Below are positions 17,537 through 28,305 of a stretch of 64,000 nt of DNA, piece after piece; positions within the stretch are counted from its first letter, which is position 1, and each line of letters starts with the position of its first letter. Below the pieces are notes generated by a model that worked only from the letters and a program-made list of their open reading frames with translations, was not told the origin of the DNA and did no database searches. The position numbers and the translations under genes are program-made. Origin of the DNA: a virus (Duplodnaviria; Caudoviricetes). Location: IMG/VR virus record IMGVR_UViG_3300018495_000076, positions 1-64,000 of that record. The stretch is one strand, 5' to 3'.

Positions 17537-18562
17537 TTACTTTATTCTATATATATGATTCCGAACAAGACGCACCCATTTGTTTACATCATCACTCGGA
17601 CTCTCTTTTTCGTTCAAAATATTGTCTTTGTCGAGAATTGCATACACTGGCACACCGTCCACAAATCTTGCAGCAATCTCTTTTAATTGATCTTCTTGAA
17701 TATCTTTATCATACGCAAAAACTATTTGCACCCCCATACGAGTTAGCATATTGATTTGATATTTTGATATTTTGGAACCACCAGTAGCCACTCCATAATA
17801 CCCCATATCATATAACTGCATAACACCTTTTTCGCTCTCAGTAACATACACCTTGCCATGCTCCAAAATCATATTCAAGTTTTTATCAAGACCGTACAAA
17901 ATTTTTCCCTTGTTGCAATTAAAAAGATATAAATATTTGTTCTGCCACTCTTCAATTTCTTCTTGAAACAGACGTCCTTTTACGCCTACTAAATCTGCGA
18001 TTTCAGAGTATATTGGTATGGTCAGTCTATTCGTCTGTGGATCATATCCAACCTCAAAAAATCGCTGAGTACTTAGTGAAATTCCATCCCTTTCGAAGAG
18101 AATATTGCCAACTGGAAGATAATAATTAAGCACTTGTGGGTTCAGTGGTTTTAATGGTGAACTGTCTTGCTCTTCTGCAACACACTCTTTGTTCATATCA
18201 TTTATGCATTGCAAAATCTGCAAACTTTCCGGCACTTCTTCATCTGTGTGATAATAATCCAAGCCACACAAGTCACAAAGCCATTTAATCGCTTCAAAAA
18301 AAGAACATTCAATAATATAACTTACCAAATCATATAAATCCGTACTTCTTGTTTGCCCTTTTGGGAGTATTTGCCTTGTGTAATTTATGGTAGTTAAATT
18401 ATCATTAAGATAAACACAAATTGCTGTTGCATTATCACCATCTGGGTTGGCTGCTTGCACCATATCACTACGAATTTTAATATGATGACAACCAAGTTCT
18501 TCCAAAACATTAGGGACTAAATTGTTGTCCAAAATGTGCCCTTTTAACTTTTGTGCGTCCAA
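17537..18562 (-). CDS. DNA primase (DnaG-like TOPRIM)
   Basis: RLTIPI, GVKGR, LYGL, TOPRIM motif VTESEKGVM...AYDKD; adjacent to the helicase. Confidence 0.85.
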   Translation of the reverse strand: MDAQKLKGHILDNNLVPNVLEELGCHHIKIRSDMVQAANPDGDNATAICVYLNDNLTTINYTRQILPKGQTRSTDLYDLVSYIIECSFFEAIKWLCDLCGLDYYHTDEEVPESLQILQCINDMNKECVAEEQDSSPLKPLNPQVLNYYLPVGNILFERDGISLSTQRFFEVGYDPQTNRLTIPIYSEIADLVGVKGRLFQEEIEEWQNKYLYLFNCNKGKILYGLDKNLNMILEHGKVYVTESEKGVMQLYDMGYYGVATGGSKISKYQINMLTRMGVQIVFAYDKDIQEDQLKEIAARFVDGVPVYAILDKDNILNEKESPSDDVNKWVRLVRNHIYRIK

Positions 18563-18582
18563 TTTAATCCCTCCTTTTTATA

Positions 18583-20175
18583 TTATGCTTTTTTAAATTT
18601 GTTAACATTTCTACTGCTTTTTACAATCAGTTCTCCGTTGATTTGATTCCATACATTGGTATCAAGATTGGTTTCCATTACAAAAATAGAACCCTTGTTA
18701 CCTCGTCTGTTCTTTAAAATTTTTAAGCCAGTGTATTGCTTTTTAGGATCAAGTTCATTCTCTACCACTTCTCCAAACTTGGGGTCATAGCGAGCAATCG
18801 CATAATCCTTATAATCTTCTGGTTTGATATGCAACCAACCAACGCATTCGTCTACAAGATGAAACAACGATGATGACATGGCAATCGAGTCTTGGGTCAT
18901 CTCTTCAATTCTTTTGTGCACAGAAGCTCTATCTGCCTGTACCGTAAATACACCGGCTGCAGTTTTGAGCTTCTGCACACACTCCTGTAGTCTTGTTGCA
19001 GTCTGTTGGAATACTGCCCAATCTCCAACTTTGCTACTGCTAGTTGATGGAGGTGGTTTCAATGTATCGTAACAAATAACATCTGCACCAGAACACAACA
19101 CTGCTTGATTGAACAATCTAATCATGGCCTCGTCACTATAGTTGCCAGTAACATCCTTAAACAAAAACTTGTCTTTCATGTTGTTTTCAAGATATCTTGC
19201 AACTTCACAGACTTGTTGGTATTCTGTGCTCTCACTTGCAACACGCTTTCGAAAATCTTCAATGCTTTCTGTAAATTCACCATCTGCATTGTGCCCACGA
19301 TACATAATTTGTTTATCCCAATCTGACATATAACTTGCAAGCACCAATCTTTTTTCTGGAATAACAAGGTCTGTTCCAGTGATTTTCTTCATATATGGTG
19401 CATTACATGCAGTGGTCAATACAGCACGTTTTTGTTTGTCCAAACTCATTTCATTGGAACACAAATACACTTTTGCCTCTTCCACAAAAGCAAGATATGT
19501 TGCCAGGTAAATTAAGTTACGACCTTTACCAGAGTTTGAAATTGCCAAACTCATCAATGTATCACCAGAATGCAACCCCAAGCAGTATGCGTTCAAAAAA
19601 TCCCATGGTGTTCCCATGCCCATACTAGGTGTATCAAAAAACCCATTCACAAAATCCATGGTATCTTTTGCCATATCATCTGGGGCGTCAAGGTTCACAA
19701 TAGTTGAATTGCAGATCGTATCCAATCTGCCACGAATCAATCCTGCAACATCCTCGGCAGACATTTGACTAAACTTATTATGACCAACAATATTTTCAAC
19801 AGGATAGTTTTCTTTGTCAAGATTTCTCACCAGAGAATACTTTTTCAATGTATTTACTGCACCCATTAACGACTCATCATCAAGCGCCAAGTCCATCATG
19901 GCTTTAACAGTATTAAATCCACCAAACTTCTTATATCCTTGTAACCTTGTATTATTCATACTAGCAAATGTATTTAGCAGTGCCGGGGATACTTCGTTGG
20001 AATATGACAAAAGATAGTCAGTTAAAAATACATTCCAAAATCGTGTGTTGCTATCTCCAAAATCACTATTCTTAATCACATCCATATATGAAAAAAATGC
20101 TTGAGGGTACTTGAAAAAACTACCAAGTATGCTCAATTCAATTTGTGGACAACTTAATTCCAGTTCCTCACTCAT
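18583..20175 (-). CDS. Replicative DnaB-like (SF4) helicase
   Basis: Walker A variant AISNSGKGR, SNEMS, YDTLK, VQADR, ILKNRRG. Confidence 0.85.
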   Translation of the reverse strand: MSEELELSCPQIELSILGSFFKYPQAFFSYMDVIKNSDFGDSNTRFWNVFLTDYLLSYSNEVSPALLNTFASMNNTRLQGYKKFGGFNTVKAMMDLALDDESLMGAVNTLKKYSLVRNLDKENYPVENIVGHNKFSQMSAEDVAGLIRGRLDTICNSTIVNLDAPDDMAKDTMDFVNGFFDTPSMGMGTPWDFLNAYCLGLHSGDTLMSLAISNSGKGRNLIYLATYLAFVEEAKVYLCSNEMSLDKQKRAVLTTACNAPYMKKITGTDLVIPEKRLVLASYMSDWDKQIMYRGHNADGEFTESIEDFRKRVASESTEYQQVCEVARYLENNMKDKFLFKDVTGNYSDEAMIRLFNQAVLCSGADVICYDTLKPPPSTSSSKVGDWAVFQQTATRLQECVQKLKTAAGVFTVQADRASVHKRIEEMTQDSIAMSSSLFHLVDECVGWLHIKPEDYKDYAIARYDPKFGEVVENELDPKKQYTGLKILKNRRGNKGSIFVMETNLDTNVWNQINGELIVKSSRNVNKFKKA

Positions 20176-20809
20176 TGGTTTCACCGCCATTCATTTCTTG
20201 ATACAAATCAGAAATCTTTCGTTTTTGATTCCTTGTGCCTTTAATTGCACTGATATCCACAATAGTTTCTTGTGCTCTTTGTTGTGTGCTAACTTCTCGT
20301 GCCACCTTTTCCTTACGCTTAATGGTCCGATATTCTGCATTTTTTGAAAGCAATATGACAAGGTCATAATTTACCGCACGCTCACCATCGATATCTTTTT
20401 TTGCCCTTGTCGCACACAAATCTTTCCAGAAATATTGCCACTCATCCAATAGTTCCATGGGTGAAATTGCATAGGCAAGACCTTTGTATGTTCCATTATA
20501 AATATCACTCAACTTAATATAGAATGCCTTACCAAGAAATGAAACATTGTAATGGCTTAAAATCCAGTCATTTAAATCATCCTTGGCAACCAATTCCATT
20601 TGCTTCTTTGTAGTTTCCGCAACAATGTTATCAATGTTTTCTTTTGCTTCTGCCCACATAGATGACGAGCGTTTTGATTGCATTTTATTCTCACACAAGT
20701 TTACAAAACAATCAAAATGATAAAATTTATCTTTATAACAAATTGCCTTGTTGTTATTTTGTTGGTCAATATATATCATTTCTGCACAACAAGTACATTT
20801 TCTTTTCAT
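20168..20809 (-). CDS. Conserved replication-module protein with N-terminal Zn finger
   Basis: CTCC...HFDC; lies between the AAA ATPase and the helicase, as in SPbeta-like phages. Confidence 0.65.
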   Translation of the reverse strand: MKRKCTCCAEMIYIDQQNNNKAICYKDKFYHFDCFVNLCENKMQSKRSSSMWAEAKENIDNIVAETTKKQMELVAKDDLNDWILSHYNVSFLGKAFYIKLSDIYNGTYKGLAYAISPMELLDEWQYFWKDLCATRAKKDIDGERAVNYDLVILLSKNAEYRTIKRKEKVAREVSTQQRAQETIVDISAIKGTRNQKRKISDLYQEMNGGETNE

Positions 20810-20871
20810 TTTTGATCCTCCTAATAGAGTTATAGGACTGGGTTTTGCCCAATCCTATATTTGAACATTAT

Positions 20872-22029
20872 TTACGCTTTACAAATTTCAAGAATTTTAG
20901 TCAACACATCAACATCCGTAACCTTTTTAATTGCTACAGGAGTAGCAGGAAGGGACGCACTAGTGAGTGATGCTTTCTTTTTATCTCTAATTGCCTGAGG
21001 CATATTTCTCATGAGGTCGTTAATCGATGCAATAAGTTCTTCGGCATTGGCTGTGATATTTTCTGCTACAGGAGTTTCGTCATTCACAATATCACCAAGA
21101 ACTTCTTTCTCAAAAATCTGTCTATCTTTGTGAATTGCGTCATCAAGGTCATTTCTGATTGCAAAAGATTTTCTGCCAGCACCTTTGCTAATTGTTTCTT
21201 CGAATGCAAGAAGTGACGGATTTACTACTACATCACCTTTCTCAAACGTATGAGTTCTGTCCTTTTCAATGCCGTAGCATACTTCCTCATCTTCATTTCT
21301 GAACATTCGAATCTGGGTTTTAATATTGTAGTCAATTCCAGCAAACGAGTCAGGAATTTTCTTACCAGTAGGAGTGCTAGTAAACTGACCATTTGCGTCC
21401 TTTGCAGATACTTTTTCATCCTTTTCTCTAGCCGTCATAATAACATGGATCGGAAGTGCCATAAGAGAAAGAACCAATCTCTGTCCAGCATAATTGAGCT
21501 GATTGTAGTCCTTCAGTTCAAGACCTGCATTCTGTGTGGCAACATAAATTTCTTCTGCTGTGCCACCATTGTTCTTTGCCTTAATTTTGTTTCTCTTCTG
21601 AGACAACTGCAACAGTGACTGCGTGTTTGTCAGTTTCAGAACCGAAGTACCGTCAACAATAACTGCGTCAGGAACAAACTTTTCACCATATGCGTCGGTA
21701 ATAAGTTCATCGGTTTCTTCACCTTCATCATCGAGATAATAAAGGTCTTCGCATTTTGCAATTTTAGAGACATACAATTCGACTTCAGACAAAGACTGTG
21801 TATATGCCATAAAAATGTTTCTTGTGTCTACACCCTGGTTTTCAAGTTCTTCGAGAACCTCATCCGCACCACCAGATTCAATATCGAAACAGAAAACTCT
21901 GAACGGAGTTCCGTCTTCTCTTTTAAACTTTGCAATTTCAAGAGCCTGTGTGCTTTTACCAGTGCCAGGTGCTCCATAAAACAACATGTTAAGCTTTGGT
22001 CTGATTAATCCACCTTGTCTAATTTTCAT
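20872..22029 (-). CDS. AAA_24/Sak4-like ATPase (recombination or ssDNA annealing)
   Basis: GAPGTGKST, FDIESG, VIVDG, MTAREKD, IEKDRT. Confidence 0.8.
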   Translation of the reverse strand: MKIRQGGLIRPKLNMLFYGAPGTGKSTQALEIAKFKREDGTPFRVFCFDIESGGADEVLEELENQGVDTRNIFMAYTQSLSEVELYVSKIAKCEDLYYLDDEGEETDELITDAYGEKFVPDAVIVDGTSVLKLTNTQSLLQLSQKRNKIKAKNNGGTAEEIYVATQNAGLELKDYNQLNYAGQRLVLSLMALPIHVIMTAREKDEKVSAKDANGQFTSTPTGKKIPDSFAGIDYNIKTQIRMFRNEDEEVCYGIEKDRTHTFEKGDVVVNPSLLAFEETISKGAGRKSFAIRNDLDDAIHKDRQIFEKEVLGDIVNDETPVAENITANAEELIASINDLMRNMPQAIRDKKKASLTSASLPATPVAIKKVTDVDVLTKILEICKA

Positions 22030-22067
22030 AATACATCAATTCCTTTCTGTAATCATTCAGTATTGTA

Positions 22068-23126
22068 TTACCAATCTTCTTCCATATCTGCGTCAGAAGA
22101 AGTATCGCCCCATCCGTCATCAGTAGTGGTGGTTTCTTTCTTGTCACCATAGTTCTTTTCTGCCTTGTCTTTGTTAGCAATTGCTCTTCTTGCTTCAGCA
22201 ATGTTATCCTCGGTATAAGTTTCCTTATCAATCGTAGCAGGTTTTGCACCTGTGATAACAAATTCAAATACTCTCGGATTGTCTACTCTGTCAAAACTGC
22301 TCTTTACACCCCAATCGTCTTCTTCGGTTACCTCTTCGACAACGATAGTGCTCTTGCACTTACCACTGACTTCGATTGCAGTGTATGCCTTAAGATTCTT
22401 TTTCATAAGCTGAGCAAGTTTTGCGTCTTCAATAACGAAAGATGTATTTGTAATCGTAGAATATCCGATATGCAAAGCGCTCACAACAAATCTGCCGGTT
22501 TCCTTACCCTTGTTATCTTTTTCTTTTTCAATGCTCTCAAATACGATGGTTGTCTTGAAATCGGCAAGCACTTTATACTCTTCGTCTTCGAAGTCAATCG
22601 GCTTGGAGCACAAAGAAATCTGATTAGGAATAAGTTTCTGACTTCTTTGTACTTCGCCCTTCTTATTCACATAAGAATCAAACTCCAATGCACCTTTCAC
22701 AAAAACAGGCATATTGTCTTTAAGATTCTTGGAGATGTATGCAGCCGCATCGTAATCGACCAAAGTTTTCTTGATATTAGATACTTTGCCGTTTTCATCT
22801 GTGATAGTTTCAAGGCCAACTCTTACACCGATCAGGTTGTATCCATCTGCCGGGCATTTATCTCTCTGTGCCCATACAACTTCCTTAGTATCTTTCAGTT
22901 CACCATTGTAGTAATAAACTGACTTGTTGGCAGTACCAGTCAAAGTCATGTATGCAGTCTGACCTTCGTCATAAACTACACCAAAATTAAGCAGATTCAT
23001 ATCTGCGTTGTTTTTTGTCTTGGTGCTTTTGAAAAAATTCTGTTTGAGCACACCACTTGCATTGCCTCTGATTTGAAATTCACCTTTGGTCTGAGGCAAG
23101 TCAAAAATTCTCTTCTTTTTTGCCAT
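22068..23126 (-). CDS. ssDNA-binding-like protein
   Basis: Acidic C-terminal tail DDGWGDTSSDADMEEDW; position next to the Sak4-like gene. Confidence 0.6.
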   Translation of the reverse strand: MAKKKRIFDLPQTKGEFQIRGNASGVLKQNFFKSTKTKNNADMNLLNFGVVYDEGQTAYMTLTGTANKSVYYYNGELKDTKEVVWAQRDKCPADGYNLIGVRVGLETITDENGKVSNIKKTLVDYDAAAYISKNLKDNMPVFVKGALEFDSYVNKKGEVQRSQKLIPNQISLCSKPIDFEDEEYKVLADFKTTIVFESIEKEKDNKGKETGRFVVSALHIGYSTITNTSFVIEDAKLAQLMKKNLKAYTAIEVSGKCKSTIVVEEVTEEDDWGVKSSFDRVDNPRVFEFVITGAKPATIDKETYTEDNIAEARRAIANKDKAEKNYGDKKETTTTDDGWGDTSSDADMEEDW

Positions 23127-23169
23127 AATTTAAGTTCTCCTTTATTGTATTAAAATAATAATTTTTATA

Positions 23170-23394
23170 TCAATCATCTTGTCGTGTATGACGATATTTG
23201 TAAAATCTAGAATCTGCCACTGGATTATATAGCATATATAAATCATCTGGGCTGTTTCCCACCCACAGATGTAATGTTTCACCACGGCAACGAGGACATA
23301 TCATTGATGTGTACAATTCTTCAATGTCATGTGGTGTTTGGTTTTTGTGTATATATCCACATGCTTGACATTGAAAAGAATTCTTATCCCCCAT
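23170..23394 (-). CDS. Small zinc-ribbon protein
   Basis: CQACG...CPRC. Confidence 0.6.
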   Translation of the reverse strand: MGDKNSFQCQACGYIHKNQTPHDIEELYTSMICPRCRGETLHLWVGNSPDDLYMLYNPVADSRFYKYRHTRQDD

Positions 23395-23489
23395 AAATAT
23401 TCCCCCTTCCCTACTTAATCACTTTGTTTTCTAAAGCAATCATAGTATAGCAGAGAAAGAGGAATTTGTCAAGTGGTAATACCAATTGT

Positions 23490-23744
23490 TTACGATTTAT
23501 TCATAATTATGGTTATTGTCAGCTTACCATCCGACATAGTATACATACCATCTCGGATCTCTGTTTGTGTGATATCCTGCTTGGACATAAAAATTTCTTG
23601 CCCTTTTAAAACCAATCCAATTCGATCATCATTAATTATGTGCACCGAATCACAGTTATGAAGTTGTCTACCGAATAACGAATGTTTTAGTAATACTTTT
23701 GCTTTTGTATTTTCTAAGTTTGTCCATTGTTCAAAAAATTCCAT
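23490..23744 (-). CDS. Hypothetical protein
   Basis: 84-aa ORF with RBS. Confidence 0.55.
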   Translation of the reverse strand: MEFFEQWTNLENTKAKVLLKHSLFGRQLHNCDSVHIINDDRIGLVLKGQEIFMSKQDITQTEIRDGMYTMSDGKLTITIIMNKS

Positions 23745-23838
23745 CGTGTATTAGTCCCTTCTGTCGAATAAAAATAATATGAGTTCAAATTTATTATAGC
23801 ACGAACTAATGTTCGATTCAATGCATAAAACATACCAA

Positions 23839-24072
23839 TTAGTGAATTATATGCCAGAAATGCCACCATACTATAAATATACCAAAACCTACTCCTAGAA
23901 CACCCACAAGTGGTGCTTGCTCTCTAATTGCAAGAATCACTAAAGGCATAACACCTAATACTGTTAGTGAAATCAAACTACATATCCAACCGCAAACAGT
24001 CCAATGCTCCTCATACCCAACATAATTCAACTTATCATTGTGTTCTTTAATTTTTCTTTTAAGCCAATTCAT
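23839..24072 (-). CDS. Small membrane protein (two TM segments)
   Basis: Two hydrophobic stretches. Confidence 0.65.
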   Translation of the reverse strand: MNWLKRKIKEHNDKLNYVGYEEHWTVCGWICSLISLTVLGVMPLVILAIREQAPLVGVLGVGFGIFIVWWHFWHIIH

Positions 24073-24109
24073 AGTTATAACCTCTCAATCATTCTGTCTT
24101 GTAATTCTT

Positions 24110-24135
24110 AAAAACGAAGAGGAATTGCTTCCTCT
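24110..24135 (-). terminator. Rho-independent terminator
   Basis: AAGAGGAA-GCAA-TTCCTCTT-CGTTTTT. Confidence 0.7.
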
Positions 24136-25077
24136 TTATTGAAAATACTTATAAAACTTATCTTTTACGACCTGTACATATAAATCAGTATACAAATCAT
24201 ATCTTCTTGCCAGTGCCTTGCATTCGTCTGTTTTTATATATTCCAGAAAATCAAGCCCACTAGTTTGAATTCCTTCCTTAATATAATGCAAGAATCCAGA
24301 TTCTTGTATACCACTGCTTGTTAATGTTATATTGAAATCTTTAGATATCAGTATCAACCTTCTTTGTGCAAAACGGTAACGTCTTTCGACATCTCCATCA
24401 TTCGTGATGTCATCATTATCAGACAAACTATTAAATCTGGCTTTATATAAGCCCAAACTTTTCACCTTTGAAATTCTACTTGTTGAGCCAAAAGATATCA
24501 ATTCATCTTCGTTAAATGCATGACGCAACAATTCGTAGTCTTCTGGTGTGATATCAATAGTTTTTCCGTTCCGGAAATATACTTTTAAGTTATTGCGACT
24601 AACTTGATCTAAATTCAAAAACATCAACTCTTTCAATTTATATCCACCAACACCTTCAAACAATAAAAATAAAATTGCTTTATCGGTATAATTCAATAAA
24701 TCGTTTTGAATATCGATCAGTTGCTCTTTTGTTATAAGTAAATCGCTTTTCTTTTTTTCATTGACGCATTGTTTAAGAATATCCTTTGTAATATTGTCAT
24801 ATATATTGTGAACATCTTTTTTCTGATTATGTAATATCCATCTTGCAGCATGTTTTAATATTAAATTAAGATTCTGAAGCGATCTTATTGATATCGCGTT
24901 CACTGCTGTGTACATTACAATTACTTCATCTTCCGTAAATTCATAAAAGACTTTTGAAAATTTCTTTTCAAATTCAATAGCCCTATTCAAAGTTGCACGA
25001 ACACTTGCTATAGCAATAACACGGCTTTTTTGGTACTCTTTTATAAACTCCTCTACGGTATTTTGACTTGTTAACAA
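24136..25077 (-). CDS. Catalytically degenerate tyrosine-recombinase-fold protein, MrpR(YopR)-like repressor candidate
   Basis: N-terminal core-binding-like domain; DKAILFLLFEGV...EL box I lacking the Arg; LTSSGIQESG in place of HxxR; adjacent to an intact recombinase. Confidence 0.65.
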   Translation of the reverse strand: MLTSQNTVEEFIKEYQKSRVIAIASVRATLNRAIEFEKKFSKVFYEFTEDEVIVMYTAVNAISIRSLQNLNLILKHAARWILHNQKKDVHNIYDNITKDILKQCVNEKKKSDLLITKEQLIDIQNDLLNYTDKAILFLLFEGVGGYKLKELMFLNLDQVSRNNLKVYFRNGKTIDITPEDYELLRHAFNEDELISFGSTSRISKVKSLGLYKARFNSLSDNDDITNDGDVERRYRFAQRRLILISKDFNITLTSSGIQESGFLHYIKEGIQTSGLDFLEYIKTDECKALARRYDLYTDLYVQVVKDKFYKYFQ

Positions 25078-25116
25078 ATAAATCCACTCCTTGTGGTTGA
25101 TTTTGCTTTATCATTA

Positions 25117-25156
25117 TACACTACAAAATGATATATTGCAACCATTTTGTAGTGTA
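25117..25156. promoter_or_regulatory. 14-bp perfect inverted repeat (double operator) over the promoter of the MrpR-like gene
   Basis: TACACTACAAAATG-N12-CATTTTGTAGTGTA, flanking TTGCAA (-35) and abutting TATAAT. Confidence 0.75.
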
Positions 25157-25164
25157 TTTTATGC

Positions 25165-26142
25165 TTAAAACATGTTGTCCAATGCTTCCGTCGCTTTCTG
25201 TTTATTTTCATCAAGAACTGCAGCATATCTTTGTGTTGTTGTAACAGATTGATGTCCCAATATATTTGCAATCGTTTGAATGTCTACACCTGACTTCGCC
25301 ATGTTTGTGGCAGCCGAAGACCTCATTTTATGTGGAGTAATATGTTTGCCGTTAATGCCATCGGCATATTTTTTCATAAATTTTCTCACTCCTTCCTCGC
25401 TTAATCTTTGCCTCCACTGAGATATAAACAAAGCACTTGTTTCCGCGTCACCAAAATAGGTTGCCCTATCAACCAACCATGCAGACAATATATTACGTGT
25501 ATTGGTTCCAAATGGGAGATATCGTTCCTTATGACCTTTTTCAATAACATGTATGGTGTTGTTCTTAAAATCAATATCCTCAATATTAATTTGGGTCAGT
25601 GCACCAACACGCATTCCTGTTCCTATGCCGAGTGCAATAATAGCAAGATCCCTATTCACAAATTGTGGTTTAGATTCTTCTTTAATTTTATCCATAATGG
25701 AATTAATTTCACCCTCTTCTAGGTATATAATTGGTTTCTCTGTTCTGTTTTTTGGTCTTCTTGTTTTGGTCATAGGATTAATGTCTAGATAGTCATCCAT
25801 TACTAAGAAGTTAAAGAACGAATTCAATGCACTCCATCTCGTTGCCTGGATGCTATCACCATTTTTCACTTCTTTACCGTCTTCAACCCTGCGGCGCAGT
25901 GATACAATATATTCTCTAATATCGGAAACGGTTACATGTTTGTAAAATTCATTTTTGTTACCATCTTTGTGCACCGAGTCCATGAAATCTGCAACATATT
26001 CTATGTAATGCTTCATGCTCGCATATGTTTTTTGGTCTGCCTCCATGTAGTTATAGAATTCGGAAAAAACTACAGGCAATGTAGATAGTTTTTCTTCAAT
26101 TTTAGTCTTTAATTTATTCTCTTTCTCGATTCTTCCACTCAT
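25165..26142 (-). CDS. Tyrosine recombinase (XerC/D-like)
   Basis: TGMRVGAL, EKG, TPHKMRSS, LGHQSVTTTQRY: complete R-K-H-R-H-Y set. Confidence 0.92.
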   Translation of the reverse strand: MSGRIEKENKLKTKIEEKLSTLPVVFSEFYNYMEADQKTYASMKHYIEYVADFMDSVHKDGNKNEFYKHVTVSDIREYIVSLRRRVEDGKEVKNGDSIQATRWSALNSFFNFLVMDDYLDINPMTKTRRPKNRTEKPIIYLEEGEINSIMDKIKEESKPQFVNRDLAIIALGIGTGMRVGALTQINIEDIDFKNNTIHVIEKGHKERYLPFGTNTRNILSAWLVDRATYFGDAETSALFISQWRQRLSEEGVRKFMKKYADGINGKHITPHKMRSSAATNMAKSGVDIQTIANILGHQSVTTTQRYAAVLDENKQKATEALDNMF

Positions 26143-26540
26143 TTTTTAATACCTCCATTTTTCCATGTAAAGAAAATTATTGTTGCAAAAATCCAAATCA
26201 ACCATCTGTCCTTGAAAATAATGCCGACCGCCATAATCACAATATACCACACCCAACCAATAAAAATGTCGTCTATCGAGGGCAGAATTCTCTCTTGTGT
26301 ATTGTTTTGTTGAGGTTCGGCATAGTATACAGGCTCGATAATTTCAATAATCGTTTTATCAAGCGGAAATAGTTTTGATAATTGGCACCCAGTTCCGTCT
26401 GTTAATCGCACATAAACCAAATAAGGGCTTATCCATTCAATAGTCCCCTCATGAATTGTTCCATAAAAATCAAACTTTAACCTTGTTCCAACATCATAGC
26501 ACTTTTCTTTGTATCTTAAAAAATACTCTGTTTCCATCAT
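26139..26540 (-). CDS. Membrane protein
   Basis: Two hydrophobic C-terminal segments. Confidence 0.65.
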   Translation of the reverse strand: MMETEYFLRYKEKCYDVGTRLKFDFYGTIHEGTIEWISPYLVYVRLTDGTGCQLSKLFPLDKTIIEIIEPVYYAEPQQNNTQERILPSIDDIFIGWVWYIVIMAVGIIFKDRWLIWIFATIIFFTWKNGGIKK

Positions 26541-26748
26541 TTGCTCTCCTTGTTTTTTCTTCTCATCTTTGTCAATTCTCTCTGCCTCCAAAATTCATGT
26601 TCGTATTTTTCTAATGCCCCACACTGCTTTTTTAAGCATTCTTTTTGTTTAATCTGTGTAGATGTAAGATAGCAACGATGCTTTAAGCAATATCCGACAC
26701 ATCTTTTTTCACTAATTTCCGTATTATACAAACTATGCAACATGGTAA

Positions 26749-27168
26749 TTAGTTCACCTCCTTTACAAAACCCAATTCTGCTTGGTGTACCCAATAGTTG
26801 CCAACAACCTCGTTTGACACATCCCAAATATCCCATGTAGAATGGTCTGCTACATATGTGATGTGCCCTCTGCCACAATGAGCAATGGCATGACCGCCAA
26901 ATGTTTGCACAAATTCCTTGAACCTAACCTTACTGCCATCTTTGTGCACAGGCTGTTTTTGTTTAACATATCCAAGGTCTTTCAAATACACTCCATAGCA
27001 TTCAGGAGTGTTTAACATATAGCCTGTCTTGATACTATATTCTGTCAAATCTCTGATTGTTTTCTCCCAGGTTTCACCTGTGGAAGAACAAAGTGCCCTA
27101 ATGACACAATCATCGGTGATTCTGTGTTTGGGGTTACAATTGTAGTAGTGGTAAGTGATTTTGTTCAT
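26749..27168 (-). CDS. Hypothetical phage protein (DCVIRA motif; papain-like fold possible)
   Basis: NCNPK..ITDDCVIRAL...HITYV...D.WD. Confidence 0.6.
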   Translation of the reverse strand: MNKITYHYYNCNPKHRITDDCVIRALCSSTGETWEKTIRDLTEYSIKTGYMLNTPECYGVYLKDLGYVKQKQPVHKDGSKVRFKEFVQTFGGHAIAHCGRGHITYVADHSTWDIWDVSNEVVGNYWVHQAELGFVKEVN

Positions 27169-27260
27169 GATTCATGCTCCTCGTTTCTGTGTACATTATT
27201 ATACACTAAATTTTCTGTACTTTCAATCATTCTGTCCTGTAATTCGCAAATTGTTTACAA

Positions 27261-27797
27261 TTAGTTTAAGATGCCATATGGCTTATAAACAACCAACAAC
27301 GGTGCAGAAGCCGTGCCACCAACTCGCTCAATTCTTCCTTTAAATATAGATTGAAGAATTTCTTTCAAGTCACTGGCAGTTAACACCATCTTGCGAGGAC
27401 TTGCTGGGTAATTACAAATAAACACACCTCCTTTTTCTAGGCTATTGTATACTTGCTTCAGCGTTTCGAGTAACATAGACATTGAACTTTGAACGTTGAG
27501 GACATTGCTTGCCATAATCACTCCGTATTGTTTGCTGAGTGCGTCTTGGTCGTGTAGACCTTCAATGATATTAGTACCAAAGTCATATGCCGTTACATTG
27601 AATCCTTCCTCCCTGAGCCACTGAGTGTGTACTGCACCCCTGCCAGCTCCAAAGTCAAGTATTGAGCAATCCTTGATAACATGCTCTGCCACATACTTCG
27701 GAACAATTGCCCGGATACTACCATCCTTATTCTTTGCAGACGCTCCATTGGATCTGCTAGTTGCATTCGCAATTTTGATTTCCATTTCATTAAACAT
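27261..27797 (-). CDS. Class I SAM-dependent methyltransferase, similar to the MTase domain of the Dnd-associated methyltransferase
   Basis: SILDFGAGRG, TAYDF, ASNVLNVQ. Confidence 0.75.
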   Translation of the reverse strand: MFNEMEIKIANATSRSNGASAKNKDGSIRAIVPKYVAEHVIKDCSILDFGAGRGAVHTQWLREEGFNVTAYDFGTNIIEGLHDQDALSKQYGVIMASNVLNVQSSMSMLLETLKQVYNSLEKGGVFICNYPASPRKMVLTASDLKEILQSIFKGRIERVGGTASAPLLVVYKPYGILN

Positions 27798-27810
27798 ATT
27801 TGTTTCCTCC

Positions 27811-28305
27811 TTAAATTATATTATATTTTTTAAGCTGCTCTTCCCACTTATGTGGATAGCCACTAGCTTTCTCAGGCAACTTGCTCAACCAATGCTTTGA
27901 CCATTCATAGGACTCTTTCACATTAAATCCCTCATAGTCGATAGGTACCCATAGCCATTTATGATGAAAAATTTGGCTATTATATTTGTTCCAAATTTCT
28001 CCTGTCTCTGTGTTGACAAACACCATCTGCCCAACAACCGGCTCTCGTTCTGTGCAAAACCCTTCACACACATCGAACCTAACAATATATGGTTTTTTGA
28101 AATCATAGCACAATGTATTGAACAAGTACGGTGACAAGTTTTTCTCAACAAGAATTCGTACAGCCTTAACCCATACCTTTTTTGGAATAATGCCACGATG
28201 TGCTCCATTGGCAACATAAATCTTGTCTCCAATTTGCTTGCCTATACCATATTTGCTATATTTTATTTTTGATCCTTTAAATGTTTCTAACGGTTTCATG
28301 TTCAT
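27811..28305 (-). CDS. Protein resembling the accessory domain of the Dnd-associated methyltransferase
   Basis: GIGKQIGDKIYV...FCTEREPVVG...IFHHKWLWV..DYEGF. Confidence 0.55.
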   Translation of the reverse strand: MNMKPLETFKGSKIKYSKYGIGKQIGDKIYVANGAHRGIIPKKVWVKAVRILVEKNLSPYLFNTLCYDFKKPYIVRFDVCEGFCTEREPVVGQMVFVNTETGEIWNKYNSQIFHHKWLWVPIDYEGFNVKESYEWSKHWLSKLPEKASGYPHKWEEQLKKYNII

